DNA of 58,864 nt, filler included. It is 5 parts of 5 records of this genome, joined end to end, with 100 filler letters (N's around TTAATTAATTAA, not from the genome) between each part and the next. Parts side by side here need not be neighbours in the genome. Positions count along the whole stretch, not along the records: positions 7,289 to 30,665 come from SRR2962707_1439; 4 more parts are not named here. One strand, given 5' to 3'. The position numbers were made by a program, and so were the translations under genes. Positions 19,898-30,665 of this stretch are shown here, one piece after another (the first letter of the stretch is position 1; the number at the start of each line of letters is the position of its first letter). The notes under the pieces were generated by a model, which saw only the letters and a program-made list of their open reading frames with translations, did no database searches and was not told the DNA's origin.

Positions 19898-21219
19898 AGC
19901 GGCGATCTCTGACCTGGCAATTGGCGATTGGGCTGTCCCTGATGACGGGGCTGCTTTGGCTGGGCGCTGCTGCAATCTCGGCGACGGTCATGCACCATGC
20001 GGTCAATGAGGCTTACGACTACGCGCTGCGTGAATCCGCAGATCGCTTGTTGCCGCTAGCCCTGCACGATCTGCGCGAGCCCGGGGAACGCCGACGTCCC
20101 GTGGAAGCGGTGGACGAGGATGGCGGCGACTTCAGCTACATCATCCGCAACCGCGCAGGCGCAATCGTGCTCAATGATGGCGATCTGCCCGATGACATCC
20201 TTCCGCCCGTGGGCGAACATGGCTATTTCGACACAAGAGCGGGTCGCATCTATGCAAATGCCGACCGCCGTTCCGGCGTTGGCATTGTGGTGCTGGAAGG
20301 TGAGAGCGAACGCAGTGAAGCGCTGATGGACGGCACCTTTGGTCTGATTGTCCCGCTAGCGGGGTTGCTGCCGCTGGTCATATTGGGTGTCTGGTTTGCG
20401 CTACGTCTGGCACTGACCCCGCTAGAGCGGTTGCGCCGCGATCTTTCCGAGCGTGGCCGGCACAATCTCGAACCCCTCGATCCTGATAGCTATCCGCCCG
20501 AGCTGGCGCCGATCGTGGCTGAAACTGCAAACCTGCTGCACAGACTGCAAAAGGCGCTCGATGCGGAACGGGCGTTTGCAGCCAGTAGCGCCCATGAATT
20601 GCGCACGCCGATCGCGGGAGCCCTGGCGCAAACCCAGGTTCTGGCCCAGGAATTGCGCGACCATCCCGCGGCCCTTCGGACGGCCGAGATCGGGCGGGCG
20701 CTGCGCCGTTTGAGTTCGCTAGCGGAGCGGCTGCTGCAATTTGCGCGGCTTGAGGCGGGCTTCGCCCGCAGCGATATCCAAGTCTCGCTGCTGCCGATTA
20801 TCACGTTAATCACCCGCGACTTCCAGGCCATGGGCACGCCGCTTTCGCTGGAAGTTGCTCCCGGTGCCGACCCCAAAGGCTTGGTCAATGCCGATGCCTT
20901 CGCGTTGGTGCTGCGCAATATGATCGACAACGCCGTGCGTCATGGCACTCCGGACAGTAAGATCAGCGTTATCGTGGCCAAAGATGGCACGATCAGTGTC
21001 ATCAACGCGGGGCCGGTTGTCGCCCCCGAAACGCTGGCCAGTCTGGGAAGACCGTTCACACGTGGGCACACAGCAGCGTCAGGATCGGGTATCGGGCTGT
21101 CGATTGTCTGCTCGGTCATCGAGCAGACCGGCGGATCTCTTTCATTGGCTTCACCGGCGATCGGTGCGGTAGATGGCTTTGAGGCCCGCATTCGGTTTGA
21201 CCAGCAAAACCGCGTCTGA
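19894..21219 (+). CDS. Sensor histidine kinase (QseC/BasS-like)
   Basis: Two TM segments, H-box AHELRTP, N-box NMIDNAVRHG, G-box GSGIGLSIV; ATGA overlap with the regulator. Confidence 0.95.
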   Translation: MKRRSLTWQLAIGLSLMTGLLWLGAAAISATVMHHAVNEAYDYALRESADRLLPLALHDLREPGERRRPVEAVDEDGGDFSYIIRNRAGAIVLNDGDLPDDILPPVGEHGYFDTRAGRIYANADRRSGVGIVVLEGESERSEALMDGTFGLIVPLAGLLPLVILGVWFALRLALTPLERLRRDLSERGRHNLEPLDPDSYPPELAPIVAETANLLHRLQKALDAERAFAASSAHELRTPIAGALAQTQVLAQELRDHPAALRTAEIGRALRRLSSLAERLLQFARLEAGFARSDIQVSLLPIITLITRDFQAMGTPLSLEVAPGADPKGLVNADAFALVLRNMIDNAVRHGTPDSKISVIVAKDGTISVINAGPVVAPETLASLGRPFTRGHTAASGSGIGLSIVCSVIEQTGGSLSLASPAIGAVDGFEARIRFDQQNRV

Positions 21220-21355
21220 GCGGGATGCCGACCCGACCAGAAACTACAGTCTTAACAGCAGCGGAATTTCCTGAAAGCGGCTCTGTTTTTGCGATTTTCC
21301 GAATGTGCTGGTAAATAATGGTTCGCAAATTGGTCAGGCTTAGAAATGATAGGCA

Positions 21356-22135
21356 ATGCCAATTATTGACCCGTTATATTCACTCGCTGGCTTTGTGGTT
21401 GGGTCAATAGTTGGGGTGACCGGTGTTGGCGGCGGCTCATTGATGACGCCCTTGCTTATCCTGTTGTTTGGCGTTCATCCAACGACAGCCATCGGCACAG
21501 ATCTGTTGTTTGCGGCTGCAACCAAGACTGCCGGATCGACCATTCATGGGTTACGCAGATCCATAGATTGGGGTGTGCTCGCATTATTGGCCTTGGGCAG
21601 TATCCCTGGGGCCTTGGTCAGTGTTTGGGCACTTTCTTCAAGTGACTTGGATATGGAGGGGCTAGCGCGCTGGCTCTCGACAGTTCTCGGCATCATGCTT
21701 TTGATCACCGCGGTGACTATTCTCTTTCGCGACCGACTACTCTCTGTTGGACAAAGCGGCAAAGCCCGACCCCGACATGAGCGAGTTTTCAGCACCATAA
21801 TATTTGGCTTCGTGATTGGCGTGCTGGTCTCAATTGCTTCAATTGGTGCGGGCGCTATCGGGGTAGCGGTGCTGATGATAATCTACCCACGAATGCCAAT
21901 CTTGCGCATTGTCGCCACTGATATCGCTCACGCGGTCCCTCTGACCCTGGTGGCAGGTATTGGACATTGGGCAATTGGCAATGTCGATTGGTCGATGCTG
22001 GTCTCCCTATTGGTGGGGTCAATCCCAGGCATTCTGATCGCCAGTCATTTTGCGCACAAAATTCCTGACCTCGTCATAAGATGGACATTGAGTACCGTCT
22101 TGGCGGTGGTTGGGTGCAAACTCCTTTTCAGTTAG
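21356..22135 (+). CDS. TauE/SafE (TSUP) family sulfite exporter
   Basis: GVTGVGGGSLMTP, AIGTDL, SIGAGAIG and VATDIAHAVPL. Confidence 0.92.
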   Translation: MPIIDPLYSLAGFVVGSIVGVTGVGGGSLMTPLLILLFGVHPTTAIGTDLLFAAATKTAGSTIHGLRRSIDWGVLALLALGSIPGALVSVWALSSSDLDMEGLARWLSTVLGIMLLITAVTILFRDRLLSVGQSGKARPRHERVFSTIIFGFVIGVLVSIASIGAGAIGVAVLMIIYPRMPILRIVATDIAHAVPLTLVAGIGHWAIGNVDWSMLVSLLVGSIPGILIASHFAHKIPDLVIRWTLSTVLAVVGCKLLFS

Positions 22136-22252
22136 CTCTGTTGTGAACGATACCGTTGGCGCGCTTTACTTTTCATGCTGTAAGCTAGGGAGTGCTGTTT
22201 TGGCATTTCTACGGGAGCTCGAAGAATTCAACACTTTGTCGCAAAGAGCGCG

Positions 22253-22924
22253 ATGTTCTTGGCCGTCTCTGCTGTATGCATCTCGACGGCCATTGGCGGC
22301 GCATGGGCCATGTACCGAGAAGTTCAGCCCATGGGGCTGGGGTTTTCATCGCTTGAACGAGTGGTCTCAATGCAGGATGCACACTCTTTGCAGGGCTTAT
22401 CCATCGCCAGTAAAAATCAGGCACTACTCGATTGCGCCAACACGCTAAAAGCGCTGCGATCGTTGGCCATGCGCTATCGCTCCCCTGAAGAACGGGCGCA
22501 GATTGCACCTAAATGCCGATCGATGGCTGACGACATTGTAGAGCGTGCGCCCAGTAATGCGTATGGCTGGTATGTTGGTGCGCTGGCCAGCGCAGAGCTT
22601 CTGGATTGGGATGGTTTTAACAAGCGTCTCGAGATGTCATGGCGAGTAGGGGCAACTGAGCAATGGATCGGTGAACTACGTGTTGCATTGGCCGAAGACA
22701 ATTTTTCTCGGCTAAATGATGCAATGATGGCCGCCAACGATGCCGACTTACATATGTTAGTGCTCAGTAATCGCGGCGTTCGCACAATTGCTCAACGTTA
22801 TGTGTCAAATCCCGAATTCCGAGAGCGCATTACGCAGATCGTTGAGACCATGCCCGCACAGAACCAAACCAGGTTTGTCAACAATGTTCGGCGGTATGCC
22901 AATGCAAGTGGGCGCGGCAGATGA
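22253..22924 (+). CDS. Hypothetical membrane-anchored helical protein in polysaccharide locus
   Basis: 223-aa ORF with an N-terminal hydrophobic segment; stop overlaps the next ATG (ATGA). Confidence 0.7.
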   Translation: MFLAVSAVCISTAIGGAWAMYREVQPMGLGFSSLERVVSMQDAHSLQGLSIASKNQALLDCANTLKALRSLAMRYRSPEERAQIAPKCRSMADDIVERAPSNAYGWYVGALASAELLDWDGFNKRLEMSWRVGATEQWIGELRVALAEDNFSRLNDAMMAANDADLHMLVLSNRGVRTIAQRYVSNPEFRERITQIVETMPAQNQTRFVNNVRRYANASGRGR

Positions 22925-24318
22925 GCCAGATCGAAATCAGTTCTGCCAATACCACTGAAAAAGGCGAGCGGGCGACTACGCGATTAAGCCGGCTTAACGA
23001 AGTGACATTTTGGGTCATGCTTGGTGTTGTGGCGCTTGCTCCAATTCCCTTCGGAAGTGCGAGGGGCTTCTTTTGGGGGCTTTTGGCCTTTATTATCGGA
23101 ACATGGGCGCTGATTTACACAATCGGCGTGGTCGCAATTCGGCAAGGCCTAAGGATCGGCTTTGAGCGATTTGGACTACAGATGTTGCTCATGGGTATTT
23201 TTTGTTTGTGGCTGGTTGTCCAAATCCTGCCGCTTGACCTTGTACCGCTACAACTAAGAGACGGGGTGTCGGTGCCCCTGTCCACCATCAGCGTCGCGCC
23301 GGATGCAACGGCCCTTATGTTGGTCCGGCAACTAACTTACGGACTATTTTTTATCCTTGTTTTGCAGGCGTGTGCCAACGAAACACGGCGAATCCTGATG
23401 TTTGATGTGCTCTTGATGATCACGGTTGCCTACGGGGTTTTTGGCCTGGTCAGCCTTCAGTCAGGTGACACAATCCTGGGGCTCGAAAAGTGGGCCTATC
23501 AGGGCTATGCCACCAGCACATTCGTCAACCGCAATTCCTTTGCGACGTTCCTGGCAATGGGCGGCGCGCTCGCGGCTGCACGAATAGGCAAATTGATCGC
23601 AGATGCATCTTTGCATCACGTCAATGATGGCCGACCGCGCAATGTGCGCAGCAATTTAATAATGTACGGTCTGGCCTATCTCTTTTTGGTAACGGTCGTG
23701 CTGTCGACTGGCTCACGCATGGGCTTGTTTGTAACGATCATTGGGGGAGCCATCAGCGCAGCGATAGCGGTGCGGCGGTCCAAGCGCCTGGCGCATCTTG
23801 CGCTTGCCATTCCAACCACTCTGGCAATCGTCGTCCTGGCATTTGTGTTCTATGGCTCGCGGGTAGTAGAGCGACTTGGCGGTTTGGAATCCAGTGCAGA
23901 CGTCAGATCAGACCTATATTGGCAAATTTTGGAGATGGTGCGCGAAAGACCTATTTGGGGCTATGGCGGGGGCACCTTTGAACTTGCTTTCCCTATTGTT
24001 CATCACGCTCCAGTCAGCTCGGATGTGGTGTGGTCCATGGCCCACAATTCCTATTTGGCCCTGTGGGTAGAAGCTGGTCTGATATTTGGCTCGCTCCCAA
24101 TCATTGCGATCGGCGCGATTGCCATAAAGATAATTACGGCAGTCATTCGCAGGCGTGGAAACCTGGAAACACAGGCAATCGCATTGGGCGTCATAGCTAT
24201 CGGGGCTATTCATTCGTTGGTTGATTTCAGCCTGGAAATCCCGGCCAATACATTCGTTTTTTTGGCCCTTCTGGCAGCGGGAACCGCATCTACCGTCAAT
24301 CTTAAAGTGACCAAATAG
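22921..24318 (+). CDS. O-antigen ligase/Wzy-like membrane protein
   Basis: Multiple TMs, STFVNRNSFA, STGSRMG, WGYGGGTF and AHNSYL. Confidence 0.88.
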   Translation: MSQIEISSANTTEKGERATTRLSRLNEVTFWVMLGVVALAPIPFGSARGFFWGLLAFIIGTWALIYTIGVVAIRQGLRIGFERFGLQMLLMGIFCLWLVVQILPLDLVPLQLRDGVSVPLSTISVAPDATALMLVRQLTYGLFFILVLQACANETRRILMFDVLLMITVAYGVFGLVSLQSGDTILGLEKWAYQGYATSTFVNRNSFATFLAMGGALAAARIGKLIADASLHHVNDGRPRNVRSNLIMYGLAYLFLVTVVLSTGSRMGLFVTIIGGAISAAIAVRRSKRLAHLALAIPTTLAIVVLAFVFYGSRVVERLGGLESSADVRSDLYWQILEMVRERPIWGYGGGTFELAFPIVHHAPVSSDVVWSMAHNSYLALWVEAGLIFGSLPIIAIGAIAIKIITAVIRRRGNLETQAIALGVIAIGAIHSLVDFSLEIPANTFVFLALLAAGTASTVNLKVTK

Positions 24319-24327
24319 CAGGCCCAA

Positions 24328-25098
24328 GTGTACGGTTTTTTGCAGTCTATTTTTGGGACGAAGCCACATTGTCCGCCTCGTCAACATCTTTCTGCGCCAA
24401 CATTGCCGAGCGCTATCTACGCTATTGGTGATGTGCATGGTTGCCTTGCGTTGCTGCATCTTCTGCATAAACGTATTTTGGCGGACTGTGCCGATATTCC
24501 AGGTGAAAAATGGCTTGTGTATCTGGGGGACTATGTCGACCGTGGACCCAATTCAGCTGGCGTGTTGGATGAACTGCTATCGCCCCTACCCTCTGACGTT
24601 CGAAAGATAACTTTGGCAGGAAACCACGAAATTATGATGCTGGAGTTTCTCGACAATCCCGCTCCCAAGAGCCGTTGGCTGCAGTTCGGGGGCACTGAAA
24701 CACTCGCTTCATATGGTATTGATGCCAACGCATTAATGGCCCGTTCTAAAAAAGACCGACAGAGCCTTCTTGCAAGTCATATTCCCACTGAACATGTCGA
24801 GCTCATGCGCACACTGCCTCTTACGTTGTCGGTTCCCGGGACAGTATTTGTGCATGCTGGTCTTCGGCCTGGTGTTCCCGTACATCAGCAATCTGAAGAT
24901 GACGCACTCTGGATCCGTGAGCAATTTCTGACTGCCCCGGCGGTCGAAGGGCGCACAGTTGTGCATGGGCACACTCCAGGGGCTGACCCCGTTGTTGAGC
25001 CAGGCCGCATCTGCGTTGATACTGGTGCTTTCGCAACTGGCGTTCTTACCGCTGCAAAGTTAACCCCTACCGAACCCATCCGATTTATACGTACCTGA
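24328..25098 (+). CDS. Metallophosphoesterase (PrpA/PPP-like protein phosphatase)
   Basis: GDVHG, GDYVDRG, GNHE, VHAG and HGHT. Confidence 0.93.
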   Translation: MYGFLQSIFGTKPHCPPRQHLSAPTLPSAIYAIGDVHGCLALLHLLHKRILADCADIPGEKWLVYLGDYVDRGPNSAGVLDELLSPLPSDVRKITLAGNHEIMMLEFLDNPAPKSRWLQFGGTETLASYGIDANALMARSKKDRQSLLASHIPTEHVELMRTLPLTLSVPGTVFVHAGLRPGVPVHQQSEDDALWIREQFLTAPAVEGRTVVHGHTPGADPVVEPGRICVDTGAFATGVLTAAKLTPTEPIRFIRT

Positions 25099-25217
25099 TG
25101 GGTTAGGACTGGGCGTGAAACTGTGTTTGTGCATGGCACTTGGCGTTTAAACCATTCCAATCTACAGGGTGTGTAATGTCCGCCGAAATCGCGTCTAAGA
25201 AGTTGGGACCTAAGTGA

Positions 25218-27371
25218 ATGGAAGAATCTGAGATCGACCTTCGCGGCTTGCTGGGCGTGCTTCGTCGTCAGCTTCGCCTGATCCTTGTCACTCTGGTCGC
25301 AGTGGTTGCAGCAGCAGTCATTGGCGCGTTTGCGTTGACGCCTGTGTTTTCCGCTTCGGCACTTATTCTTGTTGATCCAAGTGGTAAAAATATACTGGAC
25401 CCTCAATCCGAATTCTCCAGCGCCGGTGCAGATAGCGCACGTATAGACAGTGAAGTGGAAATACTGCGTTCGGACAGTATTCTTTTGCGTGTAGTTTCAT
25501 CTCAGCAGCTTGTCGCTGACAGTGAATTTGGTCCCTCTCTGGGCTGGCGTGAGCGCCTAATGGCTTTCTTGCGTCTTTCAGATCAGCAGCTGCCAACAGG
25601 GGAAGATGCTCTCAATGGCACGCTATCCAAACTTCGCAACGCAGTGCAAGTGCAGCGGCGTGGACTGACATACCTGATCTCAGTGCAGGCAAAGTCTACA
25701 AATCCCGAGACTTCCGCGCGCCTCGCTAACGCTCTGGCCGATGCGTATATCTCGGAGCAGCTGAACTCTAAGATCGGTAGCGTCTTAGCATCTCGAGACA
25801 TCTTGAACGCCAGGGTGAGTCAAGCCCGCGCGGCAATCGTGGATTCCGAGAGCTCCTTCGACGGTTTCATCGAAGGCAATATTGATCGGATCAGCAAAGA
25901 GAGTGGGTCCGCAAATCTCGCCCAGATTCAACGCGAAATTGAAGCGTTGTCTGCAGCTCGGCAGAACGACTCTGCGTTGGCCGCTGCTGCTCGGGCAAGC
26001 CTTGAACAAGAGGATTTCCAAACTCTGGTCGCAACACTGCAGTCTGATGCACTATCCAGTCTGCAAGCCCAACGCGAACAGCTTAGCGCTACATTAGCTA
26101 ATGCAGATTCAGATTCGCCCGCCGCTGCTGACTTGCGCAACCAACTCGCTCAGATCAACGAAAGCCTCCTAAATGAAGCACGCTCTCAGGTAGATAGCCT
26201 GCAAAGCACGGTATCGCTTTCTGAGCAACGAGAAGAATCTCTTCGCCAAGATCTGCGAAGTCAGGTGCTTAGGACAAATCTGTCTGCAGACGTGTTGACT
26301 GAAATCTATAGTTTGCAGCAAAGCTCCGAAATAGCTCGCGCCCAGTACCAAACGTTACTGTCTCGTGTTCAAGATCTGGACACCCAAGCCAATCTCCAAG
26401 TTGCAGACAGCCGTATTGTGTCCCCTGCTCTCTCACCCCAATCGCCTGCGTTCCCCAATCGCAGGCTGATTATTGTCTTGGCTGGTCTGTTCGGTCTGGG
26501 CCTCGGTGTCGCCTTGGCCTTCTTGTATGAAAACTTGATTGGTGGCTTTACAAGCGAAGAGCAAATCGAAGCAGTGCTTAAAACCCGATTTGCATCAGCA
26601 GTGCCGCTTCAGAACAACAAGGGTGACAATCAGAGCTATGCAGATCTGCTGATTGACAAGCCACTTTCCATCTACGCTGAATCGATCAGGCGAATTCGGC
26701 TTACACTTGACAAACCTGGTGCGCGAGCACTGGGCATCCGCAACGGCACTCAATCCAAACACGCCAAATGTCAGGTGGTCATGGTCAGCTCAGCGGCGCC
26801 GAATGACGGCAAAAGCACAGTGGCACTGGCCTTGGCTCGCTCCTATAGCCTCACCGGACAAAGCACACTTTTGATTGACTGCGACCTTCGCAAGCCCAGT
26901 CTCCATCGCCATCTAAATCTTAGCCCATCAAAAGGCTTACAGGAGTTTTTGGGCTCATCGGACGAAGACAATCAAGTCATCAAAGAAATTATGGCCACTG
27001 ACCCGCTACTGCCAAGCCTTAACGTGATCCTGGGCGACCGGCAGAACCAGCTGCCGACCGACCAATTGCTGGCGGGCGTCACATTCGGACGATTGATTGA
27101 GGCCGCACGCAAAACATTTGATGTCGTGATCATCGACACCCCACCAGTTGGTCCGGTAGTGGATGGGCTCTATATCGCCCCATTTGCTGACGTCATTGTC
27201 TTTGTGGCGCGCTGGGCTGCGACTTCCCAAACAGACGCAAAGAGAGCGATCGAAAGCTTGCGCGCTTCAAAGAACCCGGAGACAGAAATTGTAGCTGTGC
27301 TTAATCAGCAAAATGAATCCAGATCCAGCTACAAGCAAAAATACGGGCAGTATTACACTGCCGCATACTAG
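25218..27371 (+). CDS. wzc: Wzc/ExoP/GumC polysaccharide co-polymerase with BY-kinase domain
   Basis: N-terminal EIDLRGLL plus TM, coiled coil, second TM, Walker A PNDGKS, LLIDCDLRKP, VVIIDTPP and Tyr-rich tail YKQKYGQYYTAAY. Confidence 0.92.
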   Translation: MEESEIDLRGLLGVLRRQLRLILVTLVAVVAAAVIGAFALTPVFSASALILVDPSGKNILDPQSEFSSAGADSARIDSEVEILRSDSILLRVVSSQQLVADSEFGPSLGWRERLMAFLRLSDQQLPTGEDALNGTLSKLRNAVQVQRRGLTYLISVQAKSTNPETSARLANALADAYISEQLNSKIGSVLASRDILNARVSQARAAIVDSESSFDGFIEGNIDRISKESGSANLAQIQREIEALSAARQNDSALAAAARASLEQEDFQTLVATLQSDALSSLQAQREQLSATLANADSDSPAAADLRNQLAQINESLLNEARSQVDSLQSTVSLSEQREESLRQDLRSQVLRTNLSADVLTEIYSLQQSSEIARAQYQTLLSRVQDLDTQANLQVADSRIVSPALSPQSPAFPNRRLIIVLAGLFGLGLGVALAFLYENLIGGFTSEEQIEAVLKTRFASAVPLQNNKGDNQSYADLLIDKPLSIYAESIRRIRLTLDKPGARALGIRNGTQSKHAKCQVVMVSSAAPNDGKSTVALALARSYSLTGQSTLLIDCDLRKPSLHRHLNLSPSKGLQEFLGSSDEDNQVIKEIMATDPLLPSLNVILGDRQNQLPTDQLLAGVTFGRLIEAARKTFDVVIIDTPPVGPVVDGLYIAPFADVIVFVARWAATSQTDAKRAIESLRASKNPETEIVAVLNQQNESRSSYKQKYGQYYTAAY

Positions 27372-27402
27372 AGAAGGCGTTGCCCTAGCTTCCGGCCAAC
27401 TA

Positions 27403-28641
27403 GAGACCCGCAAAACCGGGTACTGATGCCGCCATTGTGACGATGGCATGCTGGGTCTGGCGTTTGGGCGGGTTTGGTGCTGCGTATGACGGTCAGCGGT
27501 GCCCGATAGGGTCACCGACTGGATATCGGGAGACTCATGCCGTGGGGGCGCACATTTCTTGGAAAACGAGGCGCTCGAAGTTGTAGGCTAGATTGGTCAG
27601 AGCGAGTTTCGCTTCGGCCCGCGTGATGCCGATTGTGCGGGTGAACGGCAGAATGGGTTCTTTTAATGGGGAGGACGTGCTCGGTCCCTGCCCAGATCGT
27701 GGTCGTGGCGGCTTTGGCCAGCGCGGGTCGCAAGCGGCATCGCTATACCCTTGGACTTGTGCTCTTGGATGTGGCTGGTAAGCGTATGCTGGGCCAGCCA
27801 AGCTTTCTTGCTCTTTGAGAGGAAAGCGCTTCCGGTCGAAATTTCGCTGCCGGTGTTCTGATGGTCAACGGTCTATCGCAGCATCCGGCCATCTGGATAG
27901 ATTACCGAAGTGACTGCTGCAGCCCGGATCCAGCTACAGCGCCTGTCGACGCAGGGCAGCGGGCTGCTGCCTGATCGACATCGTATCGTGTCACCAATGT
28001 TTCAGAGTCTATCGCGCGCTGGTGTGCTTCCTACGCTGCCTTGGCTGGTTCGCCCGGCCAAGTCTGCTGCCCCGTTCTGCCGGCTTTGATGGCGTTCCGC
28101 TCGCCATCGTAGTGCGCTGCGTGGGTGCAGAACCAGTCAGGCGGCCACAACTGCCGACATGGGGATGCACCCCTTCTTATGCAGTTGCCAGCGGACGGTT
28201 TTCATCACGTTTGAGCCCTGCTGTCTCGGTCATGCAATTGCAGATTTGGCGGGCGGCACTCCCATCAGGTGTTTGGTCCTCAGCGAAAATCCCAGTAACC
28301 GTATCAAATTCGAGTGGTCCTAGATTTTGCCCTCTATGCAGACACCTACCAGGTTGAGCAGGACCTGCAGGATCAGACTCTTCAACATGTTCCCCGGATC
28401 AACAGGCGGTCTGCGCACTCGTTGCCGTCAAAATTACCAAGCGCTTCGACTGACCTGGACCTGAAATACAACAAATCCGCTGTCGGCTACAACACCTCGA
28501 GCGGATCGCCAATATGGCTCAAGGCTGCAAGGATGATCGTGCAGCCCGAACAGTGAATGCGGATCCATTAGGGCGTTGCATGGCCGGGCAACACATACGC
28601 ATTGTGACTGCAGCAATGGCGCGGGGGATTTTGCGGTTTTC
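27403..28641 (-). mobile_element. Degenerate IS5-family insertion sequence, about 1.24 kb
   Basis: Imperfect terminal IRs GAGACCCGCAAAA (27403-27415) and GAAAACCGCAAAA (reverse complement of 28629-28641) flank transposase remnants. Confidence 0.75.
27535..28568 (-). pseudogene. IS5-family transposase pseudogene
   Basis: Fragments across frames: MDPHSLFGLHDH..GDPLEVL, ERNAIKAGRT..WPGEPAKAA, and RTIGITRAEAKLALTNLAYNFERLVF; many frameshifts and stops. Confidence 0.8.
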
Positions 28642-28645
28642 CCGC

Positions 28646-29443
28646 TCAGCTACCAGTTCCGCGCAGAAACTCCTGGACCACAGTCTTGGCAATAATGCGC
28701 AAGTCCAGCAAGACGGAAAAATTTTGGATATAGGCAAGATCATGGTCAACGCGAGCCCGGGCTAAGGCAGGATCGGATGCGTCGCCCCTATATCCATTTG
28801 CCTGTGCCCAGCCCGTTATCCCTGGCTTCATAGCAAGACGATAATCGTAGTATGAGACCAAATTCCGATAGGTTTGATTGGAAGACATCATATTAGGAAC
28901 ATGCGGTCGAGGTCCCACGATTGACATGTCCCCCCTTATTACGTTGATCAGTTGTGGCAGCTCATCAATGCTCGTGCTCCGCAAGAACCTACCCACTTTT
29001 GTAATGCGTGGATCGCCTGATCGCGTGTGATTGATACCTGTCTCGTCGCATTCGTCTATGCGCATCGAGCGGAATTTAAACGCCGTAAAGGAGCCGCCAT
29101 CCAGGCCTTCTCGTGGCTGCTTAAAGAACACTGGTCCCCGACTTTCGAGGCGAATAGCAACAGCAACAAGCAAGAAGAGAGGAGTAAGCAAAGCCAAACC
29201 GAGCACGGACGCGAACAGATCAAATACCCGTTTAACCAGCAGTTGAAAACCATAGGTCGGGTTTTCAACATGTGGCACCGGGATATCGCACCTCATCGCG
29301 AGCGGCAGCCCACTATGAAGGGTAATTTTGTATTCATCAGCAAATTTTACTGGATGCAAGGCTACGGCAGAAAAATGCGGCACTGCTAGCTGATCACGAG
29401 ATTTGACCGACTGGGCAATGTTTGCGAATTCGTGATTGCCCAT
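28646..29443 (-). CDS. Priming sugar transferase (WcaJ/ExoY-type polyprenyl-phosphate glycosylphosphotransferase)
   Basis: [41 protein letters not shown] and KPGITGWAQ. Confidence 0.93.
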   Translation of the reverse strand: MGNHEFANIAQSVKSRDQLAVPHFSAVALHPVKFADEYKITLHSGLPLAMRCDIPVPHVENPTYGFQLLVKRVFDLFASVLGLALLTPLFLLVAVAIRLESRGPVFFKQPREGLDGGSFTAFKFRSMRIDECDETGINHTRSGDPRITKVGRFLRSTSIDELPQLINVIRGDMSIVGPRPHVPNMMSSNQTYRNLVSYYDYRLAMKPGITGWAQANGYRGDASDPALARARVDHDLAYIQNFSVLLDLRIIAKTVVQEFLRGTGS

Positions 29444-29806
29444 AATACCCCACCTAAAAATCTATAAGCTCTACTTTTGGCACCAAACAAGAATAGCTAA
29501 TTTAGAGTGTACGGCAATATTGAAAATCCGCAGAGCTGCAATGGGGGTTAATTTCAGCTCCAGCGACCGGTAAATTCGCACAAATTGTCTGAAACTACAG
29601 ATACAAAACATCTGTAATAAGTGATACCAGTTACATTGACTAGCAGCTGCCGTTGAATTCAAAGAATTCCGGTCTTATTGTCCATCCTGCTCGACTTCTA
29701 GATCGTACGATGGTTGGTGCTCCGATCATATGGTCTAGCCGAGTGCCTCCAGTTGACCGTACGCACACGTCAGATACCTCTGACGCGTGCGCTTGCATCG
29801 ATCTAC

Positions 29807-30160
29807 CTAAAGTGGGCTCGCTGCATTGCCCAGAGCGCCAGAGTCTGGCAGCAAGAGTTCAAACAGCGCATCGATTTCAGCCTGAAACCCCTCATCTGCA
29901 GCGTTCGCGGCAAAAACTTCGGAGCGAAGGGCGATAAACGACGCATTGGCCACTTCCAGATCGACAGCTGAAGCCAGAGCGCCCGCATAAGCATTGATAG
30001 CTGTTTCGCAGGTCGGCACCGTTCCCGCTGGAATCGTGCACGATGCAAACACAGTCAAGTAAAGGCCTTCATAGCCCGCAACGGGGGCAGCGGTCGAAGC
30101 TGACATGGCTGCCATGCCGAGCACACCAGCCGCCGCAATAGTCGTGATCAGCTTACGCAT
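29807..30160 (-). CDS. Small secreted Ala-rich hypothetical protein
   Basis: 117 aa, signal peptide MRKLITTIAAAGVLGMAAMSASTAA, AGGA RBS, one Cys pair, ends NAASPL. Confidence 0.75.
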   Translation of the reverse strand: MRKLITTIAAAGVLGMAAMSASTAAPVAGYEGLYLTVFASCTIPAGTVPTCETAINAYAGALASAVDLEVANASFIALRSEVFAANAADEGFQAEIDALFELLLPDSGALGNAASPL

Positions 30161-30665
30161 TTGACATTCCTGTAGTTACACCGCGCACAAACTGCTGGTG
30201 TTACTCGCTAATAGCTGTGGAGCCGAATTCGGTCAAGTCGATGTTGAGGCCTTGTTTACCGTAAGGTGACGAGCAAGTGCGGAAGCGCAATTACCTGTTG
30301 CCCGCAGATTACCGGAAACAGCCCTTCCCGGTAGTTTACCTCGTTGTAGCGCACTTAAGCTGCAGGGCAGACAAGCGCTCACTGCATAGAATGAGGTCGG
30401 AATTTCACTTCGTTTTGAATGGCGGAAACCTAAGGATCAGACGATCCAGTCGAGAACCGATGCACGTCGTTGCTTTGCTACCCGACGAAAAATGGCCAGC
30501 ATTAATCGTAGGGAAAAGAACAAAGGCGACGCCCTCCCCTTCCTCCCCCGCTAACCACAACATGATTCAATAATGCTCGATTATTGCGCTGCTCCGTTTT
30601 TCGGTAATACTTGGTGCAACATAGTTCATGATTATCAGCACGGAGAGATACCTTTGTCCAAACGC

